DNA of 63,913 nt, filler included, from Reclinomonas americana ATCC 50394 (GCA_048213135.1; 13 parts of 13 records of this genome joined end to end with filler, not necessarily neighbours in it), one strand, 5' to 3'; counted from the whole stretch's first letter, positions 11,660-24,445 are shown. Numbers and translations are program-made. The notes: generated from the sequence alone by a model not told the origin.

Positions 11660-13679
11660 TCATGTATCACCATGCCCACAAAAAGGCTCTCCACTGCCGT
11701 CGCTCTTGTGCAGCGACCGCAGCGTCACGTGGTGGGCCGACGCCTGCAGCCACTCGTATCGTCGGGCAATGTCGGGCAGCGCCGCGTGTATCCGCTCCAC
11801 AAAGCCAGTGATGAGTTCCGCCGCAGGAGCTGTATCTGAATGTAAGCATCACGTCCATAATCAAGCTCCCTTTCCACTCGCCCACTCACAGTCGCCGATG
11901 AAAGCCACCAGCGTTGACTCGGCGTCGCAGGTCGCCGTGTATCGCGTGCTGTCTTGCAGACCCACGGCGGTCACCGGCGACAGCCACTGGTTGTAGTAGG
12001 CCTCGTCGTCCTTGCGCACCTCATTCAAGACGGATGCCGTGAAGGCCACTGTGTAGGGAAAGATGGATGAGACTGCGAGAATGCGAGGAGCGTGCAGGAG
12101 GTGAATCCGCACACCAGAGTCGGCATCGACTTCGTCGTCGTCCGTAGGCTGCAGTGGAATGTCGGCGCGATATGGAAGGTTCACCAGGTCGCGAGAGCGC
12201 AGGGTGACTGCCGACACGGTGGAGACAGAGAAGCGGTGTGCTGCGTGCAGAGAAGAGAGAGTGAGAGTGGGCAAAGCGGGAGGTCTCAAATAGAGCAAAG
12301 TGTGTGGACCCCAACAAGCAGAGAGAGAGGGCCCCAGAAAGGGATGACTGCGCGCCTAGTAAGATAAACGAATGAAGCCACAAACAGCATCGCTTGCGTG
12401 CTGGTCTTTTCTCTTGGTCCTTCTGTCAGCTGATGCTCCTCTCACTCGCCACCGTTGCTCATCTGTCTCCTTTTTTTGATTTCCTCCTTTCTCTGACCTT
12501 TCGCTCAGAACTACGCCTCACACTCTCTTCCAATCTCTCCGATTTATCTTCCACCTGCCAAAGTTGTACACACTTTCTGACCCAATTGCTCTCCCCGTTT
12601 AATTCCCTTGCCCCTTTCTTTCTCCCTACCCCTCCCCACGAACTTGAAACCGCCAGCTCCTCCGACAGCTTCTCGCACAGCGCCACCAGCTCTCGAAACT
12701 CGTCAAGCGAGAGGTGCTCATGTGGTCGGAGGGCCGCCAGAGTGACCTGCAAGAGCACAATGAGGAGAAGGCGTGAGAATGGAAGAGGTGGGAGAAGGAA
12801 AGGTGCGAGGGAGGTAGCAGGAAGAGAAAGGGAAAAGGGGGGCGAAGGAGGAGGAGAGAAAGGAGACAAGTGCACGGCCTTGTCAAGGGGAGAAAGAACG
12901 AGAGATAAGCAAGAACAGGAGACTCTTGCTTTTTGTCTCTCCATCTCTTTCTCGTCTTTATGAGTGCGGCCTTGTCAAGGAGAGAAAGAGAGAGGAGAGC
13001 GAGAACAAGGAAAGAGAGACAGAGAGGAAGAGAGGGCGGTGACAGAGGAGGAGGGCAAGGAGAAGAGAATGGCCTCGGTTGCTTGGCCTTGGGGGTGAAC
13101 TTGAGAGAAGAGGAACAAAGGAGAGGAATTGGGAAGGAACAGGAGAGGATGAGGGGGGCGGTGAAGGAGGAGGGAAGCTGATAAGTGTAACCTCCTTCAT
13201 ATCGCGTTGGGAGAGTGAGAGAGAGAAAGTGAGCAAGAAGGAGACCAAGAAGAAGAAGACGAGAGACACTGAGTGGCAGAGAAAGGAAATGGAAAACCTT
13301 GAGCACACAGGAAGAGAGGGCGGTGACAGAGGAGAAGGAAAGGAGACTCCCCCATCAATGCATTCACCTTTGGCCACTTGCTTCCCATGTTCTCTCGCTG
13401 CAACGGCAACACAGCAAGGTTGCGCTTGAGAGTGGCCAGTGGGCGAGTGAAACCTGTCATCACTCCTCAATGAGAGAGTGTGCAAAGTGTGCACAGTGAG
13501 AGAGAGAGACGCAACACTCGAATGCCAGCACAAGAACACCCGAGCCCGCAACGAAGAAGCACGCAGGTGTCAAGTGCGTCTTTTGAGTGGCTGCAACAAC
13601 ACGTGAGTGAGTGAGTGTTGTGCTTGTTTGTGTGTGACTGAGTGCGCTCACCGAGAACGAGTTGTCTCAGATCTTCCAT
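11660..13679 (-). CDS. Uncharacterised multi-exon protein, possibly 2H-phosphoesterase-like
   Basis: Exons splice in phase to MEDLRQLVL-ATQKTHLTPACFFVAGSGVLVLAFE...ENMGSKWPK-VTLAAL...STLVAFIGD...YEWLQASAHHVTLRSL. C-terminal HVT motif and an internal KVT counterpart. Confidence 0.65.
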
Positions 13680-14526
13680 TGAACGATGATGATCGAGACT
13701 GAGAGGACGACACGACGTTGCTTTCTTCACTCAAGAAGCAGAAGAGTGAGTTGCTGTGCGTTCTTAGGCTACTCAGTGCAGGAAACTGTTGAAAGAGGAG
13801 ATAATCATGCAGTTGCCCCACTTGCGATGCAAGCTGCAATAACAACAAAACTCTTCATGATCATTCACGTGCACACCACTTTCCTATAATGCGACAAACG
13901 CCCTTACATCCCTTGCCAACACCAACAACATACAAACACACAATTACTCTTCTCCGACCACCACTTCATTCACCACATCGCCCTAATGCTACAAACGCCC
14001 ACACATCCCTTGCCGACAGTGACCTCGGCACTCCAACAATATACAAACATATACTGCTTCTCCAACAGTCATGATCCCTTTCAGGAAGTTCAGGAAGCAA
14101 AGCCAATCAAACGCGTGTTGGCCACAAAGGGATTTCGTGGCTCTTCAACTCTTCATCTCTTCGCCATCGGCGACTTGCACGAGATGACCTCGGCTCGATC
14201 GGAGAGCAGTCTGTCAGTCGAGTTGCAATCCGATCGCCACTCGTCGCGCCACACTGATAACGTGCTGGCCATCTGAAATCAACCGCAAGAGCTGTCGGCC
14301 TTTGCCTCTTCTCGTTGTGCGAGCAGGCCGACAAACGCCGCACCCGGCGATTGCTACTTGTCTCACGACACATGTCCTCCCACCGTCATCGCGTTCCTGC
14401 TCTCAAGGTACGGACATCAAAAACAGGCCACAAGAACGCCAGCAAAAGATGGCGTCCTTTCCACCGTCACGCCCCCCTTTCCACTAGCTTCCTCCTCCCC
14501 TTCCCCTCTCCACCCCTTCCCACCCC

Positions 14527-15597
14527 TCACACTCTCGCATCCTCCCACCGAAACACCACCACCTCCGCCTCCTCCACCACAAAACACCGCAACACAATCT
14601 CCACCAGGCACCGACACTCATCCATCAAAGCCTCCTGCACCGCCGCCAGCGCACTCCTCGCCGCCACCTCCTCCCTCCGCGCCAGCACATGCGCCGTGGA
14701 CCACACCAACACCGCCCCATCCGCCCCACCCGACACAACATGCCGCCCATCCGCAGTGACGCACACCGACGACACCGCCCCGGTGTGACCCGCCAGCGCA
14801 AGCAACTGCTGCCCCTCTTTCGACCACACCTGCACGAGCTTACCACTGTCGCCAAACACGACATGCTGCGTGCCGACGGCCACACACGACACGCCACTCG
14901 CCAGGCCCTCCAGACGACGCACCTCGTCGCCACTCGCCAGCGCCCACAGTCGCACACTCTTTCCGGATCCGTGATCGCCCGTGACCACATGCCGCCCATC
15001 GCCGGTCACCGCTACACTGTACAGCCAGGTGTCGACACCGCGATGCCACACCTGCTCGCCACTGCCCATGCACCACACACGCACAGTGCCATCGGAGCCT
15101 CCAGAGACAAAGTGTCGCCCGTCGGGGGCGACAGCGACTGCCAGCACCCAACCTTTGTGCTCCCACAAACGATGCAACTCGTCGCCACTCTCCAAGCACC
15201 ACACGCGCACCGACTTATCGACACTGCCTGTCACCAGGCGCTTGCTGTCGGGCGAGATGGCCACTGCGCGCACTGCTCCCGTGTGTCTCTCAAACGAGAT
15301 GAGCAGGTCGCCGCTGGTGAATGACCACACGCATGCGCTGCGGTCGTCACTGCCGGAGACAATGAGCTTGCCGCAGGAGGACACGGCCAGAGCGCGCACG
15401 GACTTGGTGTGGCCTTGCAGGTGCCACAGCTCGTCTCCTTGTCCCTCCAGTGACCACACGTGGATGCAGTTGTCGCGTCCGCCCGAGAGGATGTGACGGT
15501 TGTCGGGAGTGACTGCCACGGCAAAGATGCTGCTGCTGGGGGTTGTGGTGGGGGTGGTGGTGGTGAGGCGGGTGCGGAGGGCGAGGGTGGGCAGCAT
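14527..15597 (-). CDS. Intronless WD40 protein (about 7 repeats) with a C-terminal helical motif
   Basis: Repeats such as GHTKSVRALAVSSCGKLIVSGSDDRSACVWS, of the same type as in the NLR. Tail VAARSALAAVQEAL...LVEIVLRCFVVEEA. Confidence 0.88.
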   Translation of the reverse strand: MLPTLALRTRLTTTTPTTTPSSSIFAVAVTPDNRHILSGGRDNCIHVWSLEGQGDELWHLQGHTKSVRALAVSSCGKLIVSGSDDRSACVWSFTSGDLLISFERHTGAVRAVAISPDSKRLVTGSVDKSVRVWCLESGDELHRLWEHKGWVLAVAVAPDGRHFVSGGSDGTVRVWCMGSGEQVWHRGVDTWLYSVAVTGDGRHVVTGDHGSGKSVRLWALASGDEVRRLEGLASGVSCVAVGTQHVVFGDSGKLVQVWSKEGQQLLALAGHTGAVSSVCVTADGRHVVSGGADGAVLVWSTAHVLARREEVAARSALAAVQEALMDECRCLVEIVLRCFVVEEAEVVVFRWEDARV

Positions 15598-16145
15598 GGC
15601 GGAGAGGGTGAAGGGTGGTCGGAGTGGGAAGGTGTTGTCCTGCACATGCGCGACGTCGCCTCACGCAGTGACGCAGAGACGAGGTGCCTGCCACTGCGAG
15701 GAAGCTGGAGACGGAGAGACACGAGTTCGTGGCTGGAGATGGAGAGACACGAGCTCGTGGCAAGTCCTTGATGAGTATCGTAACCATGTCCTGTTCGGGA
15801 TTGCCCTTCTTGGCCATGGTTTCGAAGCCTGTTAAGCTCTCACTGGCTTTGGCGAACCTTGATCTTCACCTTGGTAGCATACACCTAGCAGCAGCCTTGT
15901 GGGGTTTGCATCCTCTGCGATTGAGCTCCGCGAATTCGAATTCCGATGCATATGCTCCATTTCTCACATATTTTACCCTTGCATCCATGACCCGTGACCC
16001 TCGGCAGAACGCCCTGGAGGTCAAGACCGACCAATACCCCGCTCTGTTGATCACACAAACGTGGCCGCACTCACAAAGGCAACAATGAAGAAGCGAAAAA
16101 CTGGGATGGATGCCGTAAACAACCGTGCACTGTACATTCTCACTC

Positions 16146-19100
16146 TCAGTGGACCATGGTGAAGGCGTGCTTCATCACCCGGGTTATCTTGGGCATTCGC
16201 TTCCCGTTCGGCAGTGTCTCGCTGCGGGACTGCGAGATGGAGAAGGACGGGGTGAGTGAAATCAAGTTTTTCCGAGAAACGGCAATGAAGAAACGCAACG
16301 TAATCCAGTTGCATGAATGCTGGGGCCACACCCGGTGCGCCGCAGCCAGCGTCGCACTGCGCAGGCAAGGAGGAACAGGATGAGGGTCACGGTTCACACA
16401 AAGAGGCGTTTTCATGCAAGTCTCTCTTGCAGTGATGCTGACGTAGCTCCGCGTCTCTGCATATTATTGTCTCCTCTCACATACGCACTCCATTTCTTTC
16501 CTTCGCTCCTTCTCCGCCCTTCTCTCCCTCCCCATCACTTGCCACATGCGCGCTGCAGTTGCTCTCTCTCTCTCTCTCTCAATCTCTTTCTCTTTCGCCT
16601 CTTTCAGTTTCTCGATATCTCTTCCGATATCCTTTTCTCCTTGACTTCCTCTCCTCCAAACTCTCCTCCCACTTACTTCTCTCCTACGCACTGCGATTGC
16701 TCTCTTTCTCTCTCACATACACACACACTCTCTCTCTTCGCTTCCCTTCTCTTCTACCCTCCTTCCCCCTTCTCCCTCCCCACCTTTCCCTTTGTCCCCC
16801 TTCCTCTCTCCCTTCCCCTTGATACTCACCGCCACCCTCGTCCACTCCTCGCTATTCTTCACCCTCTGCGGGTCCTTCTTCTCCATCAACCTCCGCGCCT
16901 GCGCGCTGAGTGCCTGCCGCTTCGCCTGAATCAACTTTGGCCCGATCTTGGGGTGCGTGTACACGCGACTCGACTTGTAGCCGGGAATGAGTGCCTCCAC
17001 GTCCTCCACCTGCGTGAGCACCTTGCTTGGCGACAGCAGCGCACTGCCCTGCAACGAGAAGCCGTTTTTCGCGGGCGATGCCACCGCTGCTGCCTCCTCT
17101 TCGACGGGTGGTGACACTGCGAGACAGTGGATAAGAAAGGGTGGTGGAGAGGTCACTGAGAAAAGGGTGAGCGCACCTGCTCGTCGACCAGCAAGACCGC
17201 CGGCTGTCAGTGAGGGCTCGTCGGCTGTGTGTTTGCACAGAATGAGAACCATGAAAGCCCCTGCCTTCCCTCTCTCCAAAACTCACCTTGCCATCGCGCC
17301 TCGCATGCACCAATCGTGCCCACCAGATCTCGCACAAACTGACTGGCTGCCACGGCGCGGATCTCGCCCGTGCCTTGCGTGGCGACGGTCGGCGACGCTG
17401 CCACCATGCGCTTGCGCATGCCGAGCCGGCTGATGGTGATCACCTGCTCTTCCGCAACNNNNNNNNNNNNNNNNNNNNNNNNNNNNNNNNNNNNNNNNNN
17501 NNTTAATTAATTAANNNNNNNNNNNNNNNNNNNNNNNNNNNNNNNNNNNNNNNNNNNNAGGATGAGAACGCACCTCCCGACAGCATGACAAATCCGCTGT
17601 TGTTGGTGTTGTCGGGGCGTGTCGGTGCCACAGCAAAGCGTGCCGATACCGCCTCCATGCGTGAGTCGCCGTTCACCGTGCCCTTGAGCACGAAACTCGA
17701 GCGCGAGGCTGAGTTGCTTGTCACCGAAAAGTCGTCGCCGCGAATGCGTCCATCATTGCCGGCAACCGACTGGCGCATCGACATGACACCGATCACGGCC
17801 ACGGGAACGGCAGGCACCGACGCAAACTGGTACGCGGATGACACACTGACCAGCTGTGCATGACACGAAGTAAGCTGGGTGAGCAGTCGCGAGAGAGACG
17901 AGGATTCACAAAAATCACGCAACAGTTGAGCTGTTCTTGTTTACCGCATCCGACGCCCACGCTGCGCTTGTCAGCGTGCGCTGACCATCCATCGACAGAG
18001 CATTCGTCTGATGCACGTAGTACGCCAGGTAGCCTGCACATGCAGCAAAGCGGAGGGAAGATGATGAGTCACACACTTCAATGCCTTGTCCTTCATCGCT
18101 GTGAACGCAACTCAGCGTGATGGTGGGTCCCAGCTGGCCGTCACTTGACACGCCATGGCATCGAGTCGACAGTTGCGCCGCAGTCACCACCGGCTCCGCA
18201 CAGAATGCGAAAGTGCCGTCAGTCGGCTCGTTGGCAAGAGTGGAAATTGGGCCAGCGGCGCCCTGACGACCGACACTGGCAAAGCCGAGCAACACGCGCG
18301 GGCGGCGGTAGAACTCGCGAGCAAACGTGAACTGGATCGTGGTTGCCGTCACTGCCAGTGTTGACATGCTTGGCTTCGGGGTGGCAGGGCTGCTGTCCAT
18401 GTCGTCAACGGTCGACAGCGTTGATGTGGGCGCCGCGCTGCTGCTCGCACTCAGACCACTGGCCGTCATGAATCCGGCAGTGAATGACTCCCCCGACGAC
18501 ACGTACGGTCCGTTGTTGGCCGCCACACACAACTTGTAGGCACCGCCGCCACTCGACCCGTTCGGCGTGATGGTCGCGCGGAACACGCGGCAGCCAGTCG
18601 CAAACTCACACGTGTCGGCACCGGTACGCACAAACGACGCGCCAACACTCCCCGTCAGCGTCGAGTAGTCCGACAGAGTGGAGCAATCGACGCCGACCGG
18701 CACCAGCTTGAAGCTCGTGCAGTCGGTGAGGTTCTCAGTGGTGGAACCAATCACAATCGAGTTGGCAATGCCGTACTTGAGCACGGGCGGATTGGCAAAG
18801 GAGATCACCGGCGTCGATGAGGCGGCAGTCACAATGAGCGGGAGGGGTTGCAGGCGGTACACGGCGGTGCCACCGGCCTGGAACCTGGAGGTAGAGAAGG
18901 GCAAAAGTGAGTTAGAGAGATGGAGGATGGAGGCAGAGGGACGGAGAGGGAAAGGATGAGAGGAAGGAGAGGAGGAATCGGAAAAAGAAAAAGAGAGGGA
19001 GAAGTGGGGCGAGAGGGAGAAGGAAAGTGGAGTGAGCGTGTGATTAAGTCAAGAGACACGAAATGGAGTGCCCGAGAGGGAGAGAGAAAGAAGAACAGCA

Positions 19101-20021
19101 GCAGGAACATCAGGAATGCAGAGGGGGGAGCCAGACTCGAATCACACAAGCGTCTCTTCTCTTCTTTCCGGTTCTTTCTCTTCTCTTCTCTTCTCACTTC
19201 TCCTGTATATTCTTCCTTTCAACCTCTCTCATCTTCTCTCTCTTCACATCTCTTGGAGGCGGCGGACCTCACATGATTACAAATTACTGAGTGTTTCCCT
19301 TTCTCTCCCCCACATCAAACGCAACTTGCCACACAGATAGTACACGCCCGGTGTCACCAGCGAGCATGAGCCGGCGGCCGTCACACCCAGCGCACCCTGC
19401 GCGAACGATGCGCCAGTGGCCACCGAGAACACAGTGTAGAGACCAGCCGGATCGCTGGACTGCAACGTGACGCTCGAGTTTGGTGCCGTCGACCCGCTGC
19501 AGTCGGCGGCCGAGTACAGACCGAACGAGCCGCCAGCCCCCAGCTCACGATTGGCAAAGTGCTGGCCAGTCACCGTCAGCCGAAAGTCGGCGAGACCATT
19601 GACCAGCTGCGGCGACTTGTTCTGCGAGCCAAGGGTGTCTGCGTGGACGGGAAGGGAATGGGAGGATGGAGTCAGTCGGAGGAGGCACACATCATGGCGA
19701 GAGTGATGGAGACGCAACAGACAAACACAGTGGCGACAAACTCGTTGCGCGCGGCCGCGCCCGCACCGTCCATGTCGATGCACAGGTATCGCTCACCACC
19801 ATTGACATCACCCGATGCATTAAAAGTGAGCGAGGCAGCAGAGATGGTGCTGGAGTTAAGGACAGTGGTGGGCGACACGCCAGTGCACGCGCGGTCGAGG
19901 AAGAGAGTGGCAGTGGAGGCAGTTGACCAGGCAATGGCCGAGCCAGCGACACTGATGTCAACGATCTGGCCAGCGGTGCCGGTTCTGATGGCGATGTTGC
20001 TTGGGGAGATGACGACTGCAA
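16146..20021 (-). CDS. Large multi-exon beta-rich, probably extracellular/surface protein with H-type-lectin-like segments; 5' end lost in gap, 3' end uncertain
   Basis: Ser/Thr/Gly/Cys-rich exons with recurring YxLC motifs (RYLCID, YYLCGK, YKLCVA), IQFTFAREFYRRPRVLLGF and YQFASVPAVPVAVIG. GT-AG boundaries are present and the reading frame continues across gap 17459-17558. Confidence 0.55.
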
Positions 20022-20128
20022 CNNNNNNNNNNNNNNNNNNNNNNNNNNNNNNNNNNNNNNNNNNNNTTAATTAATTAANNNNNNNNNNNNNNNNNNNNNN
20101 NNNNNNNNNNNNNNNNNNNNNNCTACTC

Positions 20129-22812
20129 TTGTCGATTTGTGGTGGCGCTGAGGAGAGAGTTTCACCTGACAAACTCGCTGTGGTTCTCTGTCGCAGTAAT
20201 CTGTCACGACTAGCCTCGTTCATCAAGTGCATGAGACGAGCCGTGCGCAAATTCGTGCGTTATGCCAAGGGTGCAGAGCAATATTTTGGGAAAGGTGTGT
20301 GTGTTGTTGCAGAGTCCGTGGTTCTCGCTTTCATTCTCCACCTCACTGATCTGTCAGCTCTTGCGAAAGGCCCGTGTGAGGACGTCAAAGTGGATACCTC
20401 CGCTGACGAACCCAGCGCGGACGATGATACTGGTGCATCGGGGTCTGGTGCGCCGGCCGAGGCCGACAAACTGGAGTTTTCAGAGTCGGCTTCTGATGTG
20501 TCAGCGCCTGGTGCATCGACTCCTGATTCATCGAATGTGGGTGGAGACACGCGGGCGTCGCTTGCAGAACTTGCCATGCTCACCTGTCCGTATCATGAGA
20601 GCACTGTGTCGCATCACAACCTGGCCGACATATTCCAGTGCTTCACGGATCACGGACTCCCGTCTCGGTTCGAGCACGTGATGGGAACCGTGCGACCCGA
20701 CTGCAATATTTCGGCCGCCGTGGGCGAGCAGTTCGAGGTGCTGTGCATGGCAGGAATTGCTTGCGGGCCTGCTCCAGAGCTTTTCCAACCTGCAGTCATT
20801 GACAAAATGTTTCGTAAGGTGCACGAGCGTTTTTGTTGTCGCGTGTTATTGTACCGCGAATCTAACTCGTTTGTGCACGAATTAGCACGGCGGCGTTCCC
20901 GAATACGTATACGGAGAAGCCGATTCGTGTCGGTCCTCGCGGCACCCGGTTCAGCGCCCTCAGAGTCGGCTTGCCAATCGCCTTCGGTGCTGACAGCGAA
21001 CACAAGGACTTTGTCAAGGTTGTGTGGAACATGACCGGCAACATGCTGATGATGGCCCACACATTGCGTGCCACGGATGCAAGACGTCAACTGCGCTGCT
21101 TCGCCATGCTGGCAACGGGTCAGTCCATCGCGTTGCTGGCGTTTCGCCTTGATCCGGCGCTGTGCGGCGATGGCGATAAATTCGCTGTTCTCGTTTCACT
21201 GGTGGGCACGTGGGTGCCGAGATTTGGTGCGTTTGTCCGCGCGCAGGCATTCGTGCTTGTGAGTCGTGGGTATTTTGTTCATCTTCTGAGTATTCTTACG
21301 ATGCAGGCGCAACTCAGGAGTCACTCGTGATTGCAATGACGCGAATGTTCTTGGCAATGTGTCGGAGTCAAGAGTTGCTCACGGAGGCTATTCGTGGTGG
21401 TCGGCGACAGCAATCTCTCCCCACGTGGGTACCCATCTCTTCAGATCCGAAACACCATGAAATCGGGAACAGTGCCAACAAGGTTGCAGAAAACACTCCG
21501 GCAAAACCTGCGGGACTGAGGCCAGCCACGTCGAGAAACCTAGTGTTTGGTGCGAAACGTCGCGTGGTGTTGCACGACGGTGAGTGACTTGTTCATGGCT
21601 CGATCAGCTGAACATTATTTTCTTTCCATTGCTGATCTGGGTCACGTTTTTGCAGATGGCTGCCGGCAGTGGGTCGTCAAGTGGGTCAACTGCAGCGAAT
21701 GTGCTCCGAGCGTTGTCGACGCTTTCGGGTGTCTGCACGAGGCTCAAGTACTTTTGCGGATTGCGTCGCCCGCGGTGCTCTCCATTCCTCGCGTACTCAA
21801 CTGGGGTCCGTTGCCGATCCCGATCCCCTCCAACATTGCCCACCGCCACCAATGGTTCGGGCTCACCACGCCGTACTATGGCAATGACTGGCCTCGCACT
21901 GTTGATGACGCGTGTGCATTGACGCGACACCTGCTGGCGGCGCTGGCGCACGCAGCTTCGCACGGTTACATTCACCGCGACGTGAAAGGCGACAATGTCT
22001 GCTTTTCGTCGCAGTCAATGGTGGCTGTGCTGGTTGACTGGGGCCACGCACGCTTCGTCGGAAACGGTGACTTGCCGTATGTCGGCCGTGGAGGCACCGT
22101 GGGCTACCTTGTTGCGCTCTGACTCGCCGCTTCCTGTCTGTTCCACGCGTTGTGTGCTAAATACTTGGGGGCGTTGACATGTACGCACATGTGCGCGCGC
22201 AGGCTCCGGAGTCGTTGCCAGATCCACTGGCGGCGACGGACGTAAGACGAGGTGGGCGAGTGGAGCTTCGCGTCAGATATGTGGAGTGCAGGCGTGGTGA
22301 TTGCCGAGGCGCTGCTGAAGCGGAAGCTGGTGCAGATCGATTCTTTTCTGCCTCACGTGGAGCCGATCGACTTGGCGACCACGCTCATCGAGTTGTTGCA
22401 CCAAGAGGCCGAGGAGCTGGCGGAGGCCGACAATGTCGCCGCGCATGCCCGATTCATGCAGGGCATTCAGCTTGTAAGCGCCTTGCTGATTGACAAGCCG
22501 CAGTGACGCCTGACGGCGCAAGAGGCACTGACTCACAGTTTCTGCATGCATGTGAGCCGCATGGAGTTTTCTGCTCCTGCTGGCGTTTCCGCAGCGGTTA
22601 CCGAACGCCCTGCTGACGCTCCGGCTGTGGCGGCCGCCGCCGTCACTGCTAGAATCGACTGCCATATCGGCGTCTCGAAACCTGACCCGGTTGCGAGTGA
22701 CGAGAACCAGCGCCAGGCAGCGTCGAGCGTGGCAACCGCACAGATGACGAAGGCAGTTCACGAGGAGCCGAGACCGATGCAAGTGCGGATTCCGCTGATG
22801 CCGAAACAGTGA
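20129..22812 (+). pseudogene. Ser/Thr protein kinase with long N-terminal extension, apparently disrupted
   Basis: WVVK, IHRDVKGDN, DWG, GTVGYL|APE, SDMWSAGVV and RLTAQEALTHSF are present. The frame changes between APE and DMWS (about 22203-22252) and an in-frame TGA sits at 22504-22506 within subdomain XI. Confidence 0.75.
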
Positions 22813-23258
22813 GGCGTGCAGCAGGCGGCCCACCACATACCCCTCAATATAGAGTAAAGAAGCTACTTCATGCCACCTTCCCGACTGGAGCGCACGTTGT
22901 ACTCGACATAAGTCGAGAAATGGCGGGAGAAAACAGCAATTTTCGCGCCCAAATCTCTGAATCTCTCTCTCAACACACACACATCGTCGCGAGTGCGATC
23001 GATGCTCGGGCAGATCGACTTTGAGGCGCTCTCCTATGGGTTGGAACGCGAGGCGCGATTTGAGGGTGTGTGCGGTTAACTGTGATTTCTCTCTCTCTCT
23101 CACTCACTCTCTCACTCTCTGTGTGTGCGTGCGTGCGTGTGTNNNNNNNNNNNNNNNNNNNNNNNNNNNNNNNNNNNNNNNNNNNNTTAATTAATTAANN
23201 NNNNNNNNNNNNNNNNNNNNNNNNNNNNNNNNNNNNNNNNNNGCGACGACGGAGGAGT

Positions 23259-23307
<49 letters not shown>

Positions 23308-23353
23308 CCTGTATATGTGTGTGTTGGTGTCTCACCTCGCGTGGGGTGAACAG

Positions 23354-24445
23354 GTTCTGAAAGGGCACACTCTCGAGGTCTGCTCCGTCACTGTCACGCC
23401 CGACGGCCAACACATCATTAGTGGGAGTGGAGACATGACAGTGCGAATGTGGTCACTGGGAACATGGAAAGCAGTGCGACTGTTCGAGGGGCACACCAAT
23501 GCGGTGACTTCTGTCGCCGTTACTCCCGATGGTCAGCATGTTGTGAGTGGCAGTGCGGACAAGACCGTGCGAGTGTGGTCACTGGCGAGTGGCGAGGAGG
23601 TGCGACGGTTGGAGGGTCACACAGAGGCCGTGCTTTCCGTCGCCATCACACCCGATGGTCAACGCATCGTCAGTGGCAGCTACGATCACACTGTAGGAGT
23701 GTGGTCTGTGGCGAGCGGAGAGATGGAGCAACAGCTACTGGGCCACACTGGGTCGGTGCGTTCCGTCGCCACCTCTCCCGACGGTCGGGCCATTGTGAGC
23801 GGCAGCATCGACGGCACTGTGCGAGTATGGCCTCTCGCGGGTGGCGAAGAGGTGCGAGACGTTACTCGTGCCAACTATCACGGAGTGTGGTCTGTTGCTG
23901 TCACTCCGGATAGTTCGTGCATTGTGATTGGGGGCCGCGACATGATGGTGCGCGTGTTTTCGTTTGCGAGTGGTGACACACAAGCTCGGCAAGTTCACGC
24001 GCTTCAAGGACATAGTGACTGGGTGTGCTGTGTCGCCGTCACTCCCGACGGTCAGTATGCAGCAAGTGGAAGCTACGACCGAAGTTTACGAATGTGGTCA
24101 GTGGCGAGTGGAGCCAAAGTGCGCCGCTGGTTTGCACACAGTGGAATCGTGTGGTCGGTCGCCATCTCTCCGGATGGTCAACACGTCGTGAGTGGGGGGG
24201 TTGACAAGACAATACAAGTGTGGTCCACGTTGCGCGGGCGTGCTGGGCTCGAGGTTGCGGCCGCGCGACTGGCGGTGGTGGCTGTCAATGAGCTGCTTGC
24301 GGAGCAGGAGGAGGAGAAGGAGGAGGAGGATGATGATGGTGACCGTCGTGAGTGGATCCTCGTCGATGTCGTGCTGCGGTGTTTTGTGCTGGAGGATGCG
24401 AGGATGATCGAACGGCGCTCGCCGGGGTGGTTGACGGATTTGTGA
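23354..24445 (+). CDS. WD40 protein (7 repeats), paralog of 14527-15597; 5' exon probably lost in gap
   Basis: Repeats such as GHTNAVTSVAVTPDGQHVVSGSADKTVRVWSLASGEEVRRL. Acceptor CAG at 23351-23353. Tail EVAAARLAVVAVNELL...LVDVVLRCFVLEDA. Confidence 0.9.
   Translation, partial: VLKGHTLEVCSVTVTPDGQHIISGSGDMTVRMWSLGTWKAVRLFEGHTNAVTSVAVTPDGQHVVSGSADKTVRVWSLASGEEVRRLEGHTEAVLSVAITPDGQRIVSGSYDHTVGVWSVASGEMEQQLLGHTGSVRSVATSPDGRAIVSGSIDGTVRVWPLAGGEEVRDVTRANYHGVWSVAVTPDSSCIVIGGRDMMVRVFSFASGDTQARQVHALQGHSDWVCCVAVTPDGQYAASGSYDRSLRMWSVASGAKVRRWFAHSGIVWSVAISPDGQHVVSGGVDKTIQVWSTLRGRAGLEVAAARLAVVAVNELLAEQEEEKEEEDDDGDRREWILVDVVLRCFVLEDARMIERRSPGWLTDL

Noticed and set aside
14200..14280. DGQHVISV fragment downstream of the WD40 gene as another gene
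   Set aside because: Too short and closed by stops; at most a decayed WD40 remnant.
22504..22506. TGA reassignment or selenocysteine
   Set aside because: TGA terminates intact genes here (NLR at 1207, CIB-like at 8748, PCYT2 at 57143), and the same gene has a second lesion.
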